This document shows positions 1 through 11,515 of a DNA stretch of 52,219 nucleotides, in pieces. Both the position numbers and the translations under genes were made by a program. This DNA comes from Phoronis australis (lineage: Eukaryota; Animalia; Phoronida). How positions within the stretch are numbered: the first letter of the stretch is position 1; each line of letters begins with the position of its first letter. The notes beneath the pieces were generated by a model, which was not told the DNA's origin, did not search any database, and saw only the letters and a program-made list of their open reading frames with translations. Where the stretch lies: positions 1-52,219 of the forward strand of contig NMRA01001125.1 of NCBI GenBank assembly GCA_002633005.1, in the 5' to 3' direction.

Positions 1-177
1 AAGTGGAATAATTCGGTGAGTACAACAGCAAGTCGGTTTTATGCTTAGGCGGACGAACATTGGGTTCCCCAGTATATGTGTTAATTATAACTCCACGAGC
101 ATATATGCATGTTTCATTTAATTTTTTTGTTGAATTTTGAGATGACTAACTTGTCATGGGGATGTACAATTGCCCCT

Positions 178-311
178 GTGGGCACAAGTCGGATATATAA
201 TTGACCCTGATTTAGAGAACCAGGCAATCACTAATTAACAGCCAAGTTATTAAGTAGACGACTTAACTGTGGTTCTCTAAATCATGGTCCTCTATATCCG
301 ACTACTCCCAC
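178..311. repeat. Small fold-back (MITE-like) element
   Basis: GTGGG..AGTCGGATATA..GACCCTGATTTAGAGAACCA pairs with TGGTTCTCTAAATCATGGTC..TATATCCGACT..CCCAC. Related GAGAACCA/TGGTTCTC hairpins occur near 8566-8617 and 11886-11998. Confidence 0.55.
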
Positions 312-550
312 CCCTGTAAACCTGCGGCATTCAGGTCCAATGGCCCTATGGGAGCATCTGCTAAGACAAGTAAAGACGACAACACTGTCCAGCAATTACT
401 AGCTGTATTTTGATGAGTCTTCATACAGCTAAATTGCTGGCTTGGTTAAGCCAACATAACTGAGCTTGATTTCAAGCTCGAACAATTTCTGTTTTTTCTA
501 ACTGACAGTTATTAACTTATCTACCAAAATGGCAAAATCCCAATTAATAA

Positions 551-702
551 TGTTGTAGATGTGCTTCCGGTGAATTATATGAGCCTCTGTTAGCTACTCG
601 CTAACGGGCAATAGCCTATTAGCTGAATGGTTAGCACGCTTGCCGGTTTTATGGGGGTCGCGGGTTCGATCCCCGGGTCGGGTAATCTCGGCTATTACTA
701 CA
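551..702 (+). repeat. 5' LTR of TRIM
   Basis: Begins TGTTGTAG and ends TACTACA. Identical to 937-1088 except GCAATAGCC vs GCAATTGCC. Confidence 0.92.
614..683 (+). promoter_or_regulatory. tRNA-like segment in LTR (Pol III type-2 A and B boxes); repeated at 1000-1069
   Basis: A box TAGCTGAATGG (620-630). B box GGTTCGATCCC (663-673) sits in the T-arm hairpin CGGG-TTCGATC-CCCG. No clean anticodon or acceptor stem, so not called as a tRNA gene. Confidence 0.8.
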
Positions 703-704
703 AA

Positions 705-718
705 TGGCGTAGTCGGCA
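705..718 (+). other. Primer-binding site complementary to the tRNA-Ser 3' end
   Basis: TGGCGTAGTCGGCA is the reverse complement of ...TGCCGACTACG-CCA, the 3' end of animal tRNA-Ser as I recall it. It lies 2 nt after the 5' LTR. Confidence 0.8.
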
Positions 719-936
719 AAGGGATGATCTACCGATGAAGCACTGCCAACTAGTACCCACGGACCTCGGGACAGCGCGCGTGGAAGGTTCCATGAGTCAA
801 GGACCTGTATGAGAGACGACCTTGTGTTCACCTGTGTTGTGGTGGTAAAGGTACCAAGGGACGTTGATGACCTGTATGCGAGACATCCTGGTGTTCACCT
901 TCCTGTCGCGTGCCCGTTCCGTAGGAAAGGGGGGAA

Positions 937-1088
937 TGTTGTAGATGTGCTTCCGGTGAATTATATGAGCCTCTGTTAGCTACTCGCTAACGGGCAATTG
1001 CCTATTAGCTGAATGGTTAGCACGCTTGCCGGTTTTATGGGGGTCGCGGGTTCGATCCCCGGGTCGGGTAATCTCGGCTATTACTACA
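937..1088 (+). repeat. 3' LTR of TRIM
   Basis: Second copy of 551-702, preceded by the PPT and followed by the ATAA TSD. Confidence 0.92.
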
Positions 1089-2347
1089 ATAAAGCTAAAG
1101 CATAAACCACACCCATTCCCCATTTTTCAACCTTTAACTTCAAGATGACAATTCAACGCCACTTAAATGATCTAAATCAAAAAGTATTTTTATTACGAAT
1201 TACAACAGACTGTATTAAGTTGCAGCTCAGAATTTTTGTGAGTCATTCTGTGGTGACATGGACAAACAGGACATACGCCTACGATTGGTTTTTAGCCCGT
1301 TTCAGTGATTAAAACAGTTTACATGTTCAATTGACCTAAATAAAAAGACGAGGCCAATACTCACCGGTAACTTTAGAGTGTGATTACGTCCAAGAACAGT
1401 GTTAAGTGGAAAAATATTCAAACAAAATATCCAAAATAAATATCGGCTGTAAGCCGCCATGATAGATAGTGACGTCATTTTAGTTTTCATTTTACTCACT
1501 AGGAGTAAAAGAGAACACGTTCACACACGTCTTGACTGCCAGGGGGAGGGGTAAATCTGGATGACGTATAGGTTAATTGGTGTGCCCCTCAAATAACTGA
1601 ATTAATTTTTTTTACTGAGAAATAAATATCTGAACTCCAACAGAGCTACAATATCAGTGAAGACCCAATATTTTGTCTCGTAGACAAATACGGCGAAAGC
1701 GCGATAATCATGGTGCCGGGCCGGGTTCCGTAGCGCCAAATGTGGACGCGGTCCCAGTCGGGAGAGGCGGGTTGAAAGTTGTGTTTTTGCCCGGCTCTGC
1801 AGTAAAATCAGCCCTCGACTACTTTACTTCAGCAAGGTCGGTATTTGCGCCTAGGGCGGCAACATCCAACGACCCAGATCGCGTTCTCAGTCAGAATCCG
1901 ACGTTGCCATTGATACCGTATACTCATATACTCACCTGCTTTACGTTGTTTGTCCCGATGGCAAATGCAAGTACAAAAGCATTCGCACAATTCTTGTTTC
2001 AAAACATTTAAAGAGTTTAACCACGGTGTTTCCGGCCACTTTTGACTTTAAAAACAAAAATTGTCGAACTCATCACGAACCGGCTATAGTGGTTGTTGCG
2101 CGTGAGCCGGCGAGTGCTCTCAGTTCCTTTGCGCCACCGCACACGTCTTGCCCTCAAAACCACAATGCTAAGAGACGTACTCGTTTGTGAGCGAACTTGC
2201 TTCTTTGTGTAGTGTTTATTCGATGCTTTATATTTTGTGAAACCAGTCCTACAGAAAAAGTTGCTGTACTTCACTGAGTAATAAGTATAAAATATCCAAA
2301 AGACCAAATCAGTGGCCGGAATTAACCACCGACATTTTCTTTGCTCG

Positions 2348-2600
2348 ATTGTCTTAATTTTAATGTTTGACAAAGAGAGATCATGAGTTATTGAGTGATT
2401 CAATAAGGCCGCCCCTTCCATTAAAATTTACATCTACCAGCAGCTTCTGTTTTTTAACGTCACTCAGTTTTCTTTGAAAAATAAAGTAGAGTTTCCTTCA
2501 CAGCACAGTATAACATGGTTCCCGGGTCACATCTGACGTCACGGATAGGACCAATCCAAAGGGTCTGTGCAGCAGTAGAGCAGACGCTGGAAACGGGGTG
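2348..2600 (+). repeat. Interspersed repeat copy (similar to ~4860-5042)
   Basis: Shared blocks in the same order at both sites: ATTGTCTTAA..GTTTGACAAAGAG..ACCAGCAGCTTCTG..CGTCACTCAG..GAGCAGACG..GGAAACGGGGT. Confidence 0.6.
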
Positions 2601-5600
2601 ATAGCGCGTGTTAAGTTTGAAAGCGCAGTTAACTTCCTTTAGTTAACAAAAAACGGAAATCGAATAGGGGTGAAATGTAAACAAGGACCTGGAACACATT
2701 TTACACTTGAGACTCTGGAAAATAACTATATTCTTAACAAAGCGATTTCCATCTAAGAACGGGAGATATGGGTCAAGCCCAAAACAGTTGGCAAATGCAG
2801 TGTAAGCGGTGGACAACACAGAGTATTGAATGGCTTTTACAAGGTAGACTTTTTTATTTCATCTTAATTTCATTTTAGGGTATTGGTAAATACTCCAGAT
2901 GAACAAATGAGTATGTCTCAGTACTGCTCAGAAATTGAATTAACAAAAACGTCACCCGGCCGGGCAATAGGTCTATTTACCGCAGAACATTCAGAAACCA
3001 AACGTCACTTCTTTCCAACTCACTGTAACAAGACTTGAACATCAAAAAACTGTCTTTTTGAATATCTCCTTGCAACGGTTTGATAGGCTGTCGAAATTGG
3101 TTCGCGGATGGGAGCTTCAGTTGGTATTCCAGGGATAGTAAAGTTTTACATCATTGTGTCGAAGAAACGAGTCCACATATAAATTTTACAAAGAATCCTA
3201 TCGTTATGTCAATTAATTAACAACTTGAAGCCGGGTGAACGAGGGGAAGACGATGTAGTCTAAATCGTCATCTGACCTTGCCACGGCGCAACACTGAAGA
3301 AAGTGGGGGTCTATACCTCCCTCAGACCCCAGTGGTGCACCCCTTAGTAGACCACTGGGCGCCGAAACACTGAAGCCTGAGTGGGGCTATAGCCCCCCAG
3401 CCCCTAGAGTGCGCCGTCAATGAGTTAGGCCTATGTCATGTTTTTGACTGCATCCACGGTAAATTCCATCACTGACCGTGGCCGTTAGGGCATGAACATG
3501 GACCGAAGTTCGGTTTCAAAATTGTGACAGCAGGACCAGTACTGGCGTTTTCTACCCGCTACGTGTAAACTAAGGAAACAATCGTTTTATTCATGTTATT
3601 ATGCATAACGCATCAAGTCCCATTATAAAGATCGTGCTAATGGAAACATGTTGGCTGCATTCTACTCCTAAATTAAATGCACGCCAATTGTAGATCGTTT
3701 CTCTTATTATATTGGCACGGTGCCTGGGCCTACAAATACCGTGACAAGTGATGATAATATCGCCGTGCACGCACCCAGACAAAGCCACAGGACTTCCTCA
3801 AACGCAAGGAACACACGAACACGCAAGATATCCCAGGGCATAACAAGTAAAGCACGTGATTAACATTCGCCCTACCCCCATTTGGCGACTCAGTGGACAA
3901 AAAGGTCAGCCCATAGAGAAACAAAAATAAGGCCACAGGAATCCGGCGCAAATACAAAATTCATAGACCTGAACGTACGCAGTACCCTAGACTTTTTAAG
4001 TAAAAGGTCCAGATACTGAAAAATTCGAACCCCCATATTTTAGACTGGGTGCACGCATGATTATGCAGATTCCATCTAATGAGGGGACGGAAATCCCACT
4101 TGCACGTGCGATTTACATGTGTATACTGGCTCCATCCGGGAAAAGACAGTGTAGAGTCATTCTGCCAGTATTCTAGAACTACTCCATCCTTACAATACAT
4201 AGTCATCCTGAACCACATGGGACACCACTTCATAAGTTTATCATAGCCCCCTTGAGAGAGCAAGACACAGACGAAACACCTCACTTCTTTGTTTAAATTA
4301 TAGCCACACTGTTTCTCCATTCATTTTACATCATTTAATAGCAATTCTTACACTTCATTAGGTGACACGCGACACGGTCAGCCACGCAGACTGCGCAAAA
4401 CAAAATACCAGGCAGAGGATACATCCTCAGTGGCGGATCTAGGATATCACAAGGGGGCGCCCAACATTTTGTCCGGCTGTAAGCATTTGCGCAAACAACG
4501 ATTGTAGATGCGCATAGCACCGAAAGGAGGGAGGTCGGGAGGGGGGTTTACCCAAACCCCTCCCGCGACCAGCAAATTTTTTCTGCTTTTCCTCAAAAAA
4601 TCAATTTTCCTTGAGCGCGCGTGCTTTACCTCTACAACACCACGAATTAACTACTAAACCCATTTTAAGAGACCTATTTGTTTATGGCCAACAGCGTTTG
4701 CGCGCGAAACCCGTTTCTTTTTGTCGGTAATGTTTATTACACGTTTTATATTTTGTGCAATCGGTTCTTCACAAATTTGTTGTATGTAAAATAGTCTTCA
4801 AATGCCCAAAATACCAAATCTGTTTTTCTGTTGTCAATAATGACGGGATTGCTTTGGAAATTGTCTTAAACTAATAAGTTAAGGTTTGACAAAGAGTTTC
4901 TGAGTGATTAACTAAGGCTTCGATAAAAATTCACATCTTACCAGCAGCTTCTGCTTTTTCATCGTCACTCAGGTTCCATTTTCTTTAAAAAATGAAGTAA
5001 ATTTTCTTCGTTGCACAGTGGAGCAGACGACGGAAACGGGGTCGTAGTGCGCAGCACCACTGCCATTCGCCTGGGATATCGCGGTAGAGCCTATACTTAG
5101 CAATAGTTCCGTTACGAATGCGCAGTGTTCCGAATTTGACACATGAAATTGGGTCTTGCCCCCCCCCCCCCACCCCCCCAACACTAAATCTGCACACATT
5201 TAAATCTTGTTTTATCCGCATAATTTTATGAATTACCGGGGTTAATTAATGAACTCAACATTTCCNNNNNNNNNNNNNNNNNNNNNNNNNNNNNNNNNNN
5301 NNNNNNNNNNNNNNNNNNNNNNNNNNNNNNNNNNNNNNNNNNNNNNNNNNNNNNNNNNNNNNNNNNNNNNNNNNNNNNNNNNNNNNNNNNNNNNNNNNNN
5401 NNNNNNNNNNNNNNNNNNNNNNNNNNNNNNNNNNNNNNNNNNNNNNNNNNNNNNNNNNNNNNNNNNNNNNNNNNNNNNNNNNNNNNNNNNNNNNNNNNNN
5501 NNNNNNNNNNNNNNNNNNNNNNNNNNNNNNNNNNNNNNNNNNNNNNNNNNNNNNNNNNNNNNNNNNNNNNNNNNNNNNNNNNNNNNNNNNNNNNNNNNNN

Positions 5601-7071
5601 NNNNNNNNNNNNNNNNNNNNNNNNNNNNNNNNNNNNNNNNNNNNNNNNNNNNNNNNNNNNNNNNNNNNNNNNNNNNNNNNNNNNNNNNNNNNNNNNNNNN
5701 NNNNNNNNNNNNNNNNNNNNNNNNNNNNNNNNNNNNNNNNNNNNNNNNNNNNNNNNNNNNNNNNNNNNNNNNNNNNNNNNNNNNNNNNNNNNNNNNNNNN
5801 NNNNTCGAGAACTCAACTTGAGGAGGTTGGTCTAGAACAATAACAAAATAGTCAGTTCTTTCGTTACGCCCAGAAATCACAGACATTCCAACTAAGGGAC
5901 AGTTTGAGACCAATTTCATGGCAGTGGCGGATTTAGGGAGGGGGCCAAGAGGGCCATGTCCCCCTAAAATTCTCCCAGATTCCATTTGGCCGACCCCTGC
6001 CCCTCAACTCAAAAATCCTGGAACCGCCTTTTCATGGGTGGTCTTAATCAAGAAGTTGCTCTTCATGGTGGAAGAGGATTAATTATTACCAACTTGAGTT
6101 CTTCATCTTTTTAGCACACAATAGTGTGATGCGACAATTCAACATCACATTTCTCACAAAAAGACCGCCAAGAAAATCATATTTAAACACTGAAAAACAA
6201 AGTGTGTACTGCTTTGCCGTTATAAAACAGCACAACACAATTTTTCACTATCTATGACATTAGAGCCATGATCATTCGCAAGACACAATAAGTGAATTAC
6301 AGAAACTATCATTGACTTTAATGCACATTTTTGTTACAGATCCTTAGACTCTTTCCTAAATAAAACAGTCGCGGGACAAAGTATCCCGCTTCAACCGACT
6401 AGTTTTGCTAGGATTCTACAACCTGTCGCCAACATTGTCCTTTAAGGAAAAGAGCAAAACTCATTCTTGGACAGTAAAATTGATTCTTACAAATAAGGCG
6501 ATGTGTCCTCAGTGACACAAAAATTGTCATCTAGTATTGTTGAACATGTTTATCAAGTAACATAAACAGGGTAAAGCCAACCTTTGCCACACGCAAACAT
6601 TCCTCTAGAAGTCAAGGCAATGCCATCTGTTGATCACAAGAGAAGCATGCCTTCCGTGTTTTGAACAAGTCTCATTGACTACCATTAATCAGCCTCACAA
6701 GTACTCAGTAGCAGCAATGTCACTCAAAATCCATTTTGAAAAATGCTCCTGTCCACCTCAACGAAGGAGTTATACAGGTATCACCATTGCCGCGCTGGTG
6801 ACTAGTAACTTACAAGTTCGCTATTGTCTTGAGTGCTAACTTTTATTATAGTGCTCCAACCATATTGGGACGCCTATAGGCTGCACAATCTATCAGTCAT
6901 TGCTTCCCTTACTAGGCTTAAATGCCTAGGCTGCACAATCTATTACAGTATTCGTGAGTGTTCACTCAATGGGTACCTGGGCGCCACGATTTATTATAGT
7001 GATCACGATTCTGCATGCTTCACTACAGTTCCACTGCCTGTTTCACTACACATGATCTTCATTATTATAAA

Positions 7072-7440
7072 CCTTATCACTCTTCACTACACATTATAGG
7101 CCTTGTGACTCTTCACTACACAATACACCTTGTGACTCTTCACTACACAATACACCTTGTGACTCTTCACTACACAATACACCTTGTCACTCTTCACTAC
7201 ACAATACACCTTGTGACTCTTCACTACACAATACACCTTGTGACTCTTCACTACCCATTATAAACCCCTGACTCTTCATTACACATTATAGGCCTTGTGA
7301 CTCTTCACTACACTCTTCACTACGCATTATAAACCCCTGACTCTTCACTACCCATTATAAACCCCTGACTCTTCACTACCCATTATAAACCCCTGACTCT
7401 TCACTACACATTATAAACCTTCTGTCTCTTCCCTACACAC
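7072..7440. repeat. Minisatellite, ~27-bp unit CCTTGTGACTCTTCACTACACAATACA
   Basis: About 13 tandem copies with 26/27-bp variants. Produces the spurious HLVTLHYTI ORF. Confidence 0.95.
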
Positions 7441-8012
7441 TTAAGAGTAAAGTATCTCCCCTGCAGGACACAACATGGCCGACAACTGAAATATTATTTT
7501 ATACTTTCCATGCAATATATGCAGCAGTAAATTAAATGATAATCGTGTTCCACGTTTTGTACCACAGCTACCAAGAGACAAAGTTTGAAAAATCTTGGAC
7601 ATTAACAGAAATAATAGACACAATGAAGAAAGGGGTGTCATGGCAACTTCATTTCTCTCGCTATAGGTGAGAGTTTACTGTAGTCATGGTTATCTTCACT
7701 GTAGTTGATGCCTTGTGCCTGCAGGTATTCACCAAACATTATTCATTACAATCTCGCCATATTCAGACTAACATAATAGCCAAAATTGGACATTTTCACT
7801 TTTTTAAGACTCTGCTGGTTGGAAAGCTCAAAAATTTTCAATGCATTGCGAGGCTGATGAAAGCTTTACCTTTGGCATACAACACACAACGATAGACCCT
7901 TTACTTGGTAATAATGAACACGTGAAAAAAGAAAAAAATAAAATTTCCTTTCTATGCCACATTTTGTCCTACATTGATGAGATTTAACCTTGAACTTGTT
8001 CACTGGCATTAA

Positions 8013-8498
8013 AGGGGCCTGGAATGCGATAAACAGTCTAAACTCCAATTATATTGAAAGTAGTTCTCTGCCACTAAAACAGAATTCCACCTGATCAGCG
8101 GGTATTTTTAGGTTTTGTAATTAAAATATTTTTACTTTCTGTTGATATCAAAGCATAATCTTTCAGTTTCATATTTCAAGAGAAAATCACATCTCCTTAA
8201 TTGGTATGAAAAGACATAGACAAAGTATATTCCCGTGATAAGGAAAATGTAGCCTTTGACCTCAACAGACTTCAAGCAACAGACTGTGAGCACGTGTGGA
8301 AGTAAGACTAAAAAACTATGTGGTAACCGCAGTTTTTTCTTCATGCGTATTTCAAAAATCACGAATTTTGTGTCATTTTTTCTGGAAATTTCCTCACAGG
8401 GGAAAGTGAATTGCTTTGTTCTAGACCTTACAATAGGGCACCTTTGTCAGGAATTATTCAACAGATATTTTTGATGAGCTTTCGCATTCCATGCCTCT
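8013..8498. mobile_element. Non-autonomous TTAA-targeting DNA transposon (Kolobok-type ends)
   Basis: TTAA|AGGGGCCTGGAATGCGA ... TCGCATTCCATGCCTCT|TTAA: 15/17 inverted match with TTAA on both sides and purine-purine termini. Confidence 0.75.
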
Positions 8499-8685
8499 TT
8501 AACAGCCTGGTTAGAATGATCTGTATTCAGCATAACAGGTCATGGTAACTTACAGGGTCCTGTAATTTGAGAACCAGTTCTCTTTACCAAATAGCAGGCA
8601 TCAAACTGGTTCTCAAAATCCAGGGCAAGTGACTATTGTCACATCCCGAATGTGCACTCTTTCCAATAGCCCATGCCACTTCTCA

Positions 8686-11515
8686 TTAGACATTATAGTC
8701 ATCGTGGTGATCACTGGGGTTAGAAGCCTGTGCCGCATGCTGCATCTGTAGCCATTGTTGCTGCTCAATTTGAGCCTGTTCCAGACGAGCCTGCAGGATA
8801 GATCAACAAGGAATGGAACGTATTACGCAACCACAGAGCTTAGAGACAAGTTTTGTGAAAAGATTGGCCTTGTGATTGCTGACCACCCACGTGTGCCATG
8901 GGTGCAATGGTATATATTAAGCCTGATCTGAATGCTGATTTAACAATTACAAATTGTTGATGATAGAACATGATTGTGTGTTTTAGAAGAATATTCTTTT
9001 TTATGAAACAGCGGAAAATCTATAATGTTCACAAACCACTCATTTCGGAGTGTAAATTTCCGAAATTTGGGTGAATATCCTTGGTTATCAGAACCTAGTC
9101 TAAAACAATAACTGTCAGTTTTCTTATGCTCAAGAACACTTTAGATCTGATCAAAGAATAATTTGAGACCAATCATATAACAGTAGACAGTCTGAGTAAA
9201 AGGTTATTCTTTGACAGCTTTATAGTCCATGATATTGTTGCCTCGAGAGCTGTCACAATGAGACATAACTTATTATCGCCCCCGATACCGCATGTATGCC
9301 TAGGTCCAGGCATGGACAAGTCCAATAACTTTGATAAGTTCCTCCACCTGATCTAGGATACGAGATGGATTCTTCACGTTTTCAGAATGCGGATCAAGAG
9401 TTTGAGCAGGGAGGCTACCAAAAATTGAAGAGACTGAAACACATTTTGAATATCCCAAATGTTAATGATTCCAAAATTCAAACATCCCAGTGTTGTTCAT
9501 AATAGTCAGAACATACATGTAGAACAGGGCAGTTCCCTCTATTTTTAATTTGTTTTCAAGATGGTAGAGAGAACTACCCAAATGTGAAGCAGCATGGATA
9601 CCCCATCATGCCTAATGCACTTTGCACACCTTTGCAAACAGTTCCTGCTGTTGACGTAGAAGTTCTTCTTCCGGAATACCCAGGTTTTCCAGACGTGTAC
9701 TCGCACGTCTCCTTTTGGCGGCCACGGCTTGCGCTTCACGCATGACACTCTTGGCCTCGTCCTTGTACGAACTGAACCCAAGACTATCCAGAGCTGAATA
9801 AGAACACATAGCACTGAAGCTTACCAACATAACAATTTGTCATTCACAGCATCAAACAAACCTCTACTGACTAGCACAAAACAAGCACATGTAACAATTG
9901 ATGTCTCTGCTAGTATTGTATTTTAGAAACTTTGCTATTGCTTGGGAACACCAGTGTATCCGTGACTACTTTGTACACATTAGCACAAACATTCACCTTG
10001 TACCAGACATGTGCAGGTCGCTAAGGTGGGTACATTGCAAAGATCAACTGGAAAAATTTTATGCATTTAAAAAACCAACTCAGGAGCGACTAGCAGCCAG
10101 CTTTATCAATGTAAAGTTAAAAACCAACTGCGGAGCTACTACCAGGTACATAACCCAGAGTGGTGACTCAAGGGTTTAGAGGTGTGTCCCAGTTAGAACT
10201 GAACCCACAACCTTACAGTAAAGGAAGAGGACATTGATCCTACTAGGCCACACCGCTTCCCACCTTGAAGGACGAAGCAGTGTTTTTGGCATTAAGTAAT
10301 ATTTACTAGGAAATTAAAATTTACAGTAGTGTTTTAAGGGACATATTTCAGCTTTAAACTGGAATAATCAGTATTTTTTCCAAAACCAGTCCCAAGACGT
10401 ATACAAACTCCTGACCTTGCCATTTCCAGTCCCAAGTTTTACTAATTTTAGTAGCTAATCTCCACTTGACAAGTACTAAACACACCTTAAGCAAAACTGA
10501 CTGAAAACTAGATTTCAACAAATGACTGGAAGCCAAGGCGAGAATTGGCACTTTGTAACATAAAATCACAGAAACGTGACAGATTTCGTTGTTTTATAGC
10601 TCTGGCCAAATTTAATAATAATTAATAATAAACATAAACACATCCAGAAATAATCCCACAAATGTCTTCTAGCCCTCAAATCAAACCTGTCCATTTAATT
10701 ACTGATTACCCAGCTGATTCTTAACCAAACACATTAGAGCAATAGAGTGAAAGTTACCAAACACATTAGAGCAATAGAGTGAAAGTTACCAAACACATTA
10801 GAGCAATAGAGTGAGAGTTACCAAACACATTAGAGCAATAGAGTGAGAGTTACCAAACACATTAGAGCAATAAAGTGAGAGTTACTTCTGCAATGAGACC
10901 TCTACATCCCGATCACACAATCAATTTTATTGAAGAAAAACAATGGCCGTATCAAATCAATAGTTTCTCACAGATTTTGCGACCAAAAAAATAAATGGAT
11001 TTTTAAAAAATTATTACAACGGCTTTTAACTTCTTTAACGTGAAGCAGATATACTGTCAATGTAGTATTTTTTATTTCTCAAAAGGTTGATCACATTTCA
11101 AAAGAGCTCAGAATTTGACAAAGGATTTGTTTAATGAAACGTTAAATTCAAAACAACTTTGGACAAAAATAACTGCCGAAATAGACATTATTCAACTTTT
11201 CCTCGGTGAAACAATTGTCCGACATATTTGTGTTTGTTAGATTTTACTGTAACTGAATCATATTAGTCGCCAATAAACAACAGACTCACCGGCCAATATG
11301 TGCTCTGGTGTGATTGTTTTCTTCTGCTGTTTATTGCAGATATCGTTGGCCTCTGAGGACACTAAGTGTATAAACTCTGTACAACAATTGGAGATGAGTT
11401 CTCTGGCATCATTGGCAACCCGTATATTTGGCACCACTTCCTTAATCATCTTATTGAGCGCAGCTCGTGGTATACTCAGTTCATCGTCCTCCTTCACCTC
11501 ATTCACACTCGCCAT
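8686..11515 (-). CDS. DR1: Protein Dr1 / negative cofactor 2 beta (histone-fold TBP repressor), 164 aa, 3 coding exons
   Basis: Exons 11515-11290 (MASVNEVKEDDELSIPRAALNKMIKE..CCTEFIHLVSSEANDICNKQQKKTITPEH), 9793-9630 (ALDSLGF..KRRRASTRLENLGIPEEELLRQQQELFAK) and 8790-8686 (ARLEQAQ..WLQMQ..*). GT-AG introns with compatible phases 1 and 0; total 495 nt. Motifs are characteristic of DR1. Confidence 0.96.
10180..10260 (-). mobile_element. Decayed tRNA-derived SINE head in a DR1 intron
   Basis: Minus strand reads GGAAGCGGTGTGGCCTAGTAGG (A-box-like)...GTGGGTTCAGTTC (degenerate B box). Confidence 0.4.
10724..10885. repeat. Tandem repeat, 32-bp unit x5 (ACCAAACACATTAGAGCAATAGAGTGARAGTT)
   Basis: Copies start at 10724, 10756, 10788, 10820 and 10852. 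Confidence 0.95.

Larger units (their letters stand above)
551..1088 (+). mobile_element. TRIM (non-autonomous LTR retrotransposon) with tRNA-derived LTRs, Helenus-like
   Basis: Two direct repeats, 551-702 and 937-1088 (152 bp, TGT...ACA, one mismatch). ATAA target-site duplication at 547-550 and 1089-1092. PBS TGGCGTAGTCGGCA at 705-718; polypurine tract AGGAAAGGGGGGAA at 923-936. No gag/pol ORF. Confidence 0.92.

Noticed and set aside
614-1069. Two tRNA genes
   Set aside because: A/B boxes and a T-arm are present but there is no proper cloverleaf. They are parts of the TRIM LTRs.
5226-5985. Long ORFs spanning N-gaps (also 22813-23778 and 39658-40456)
   Set aside because: They are open only because of the N runs.
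7015-7263. Repetitive HLVTLHYTI protein
   Set aside because: Translation of the 27-bp minisatellite; no splice or homology support.
10724-10885. CRISPR-like array (also 7072-7440 and 43129-43289)
   Set aside because: Head-to-tail repeats with no unique spacers, in eukaryotic DNA with no cas genes.
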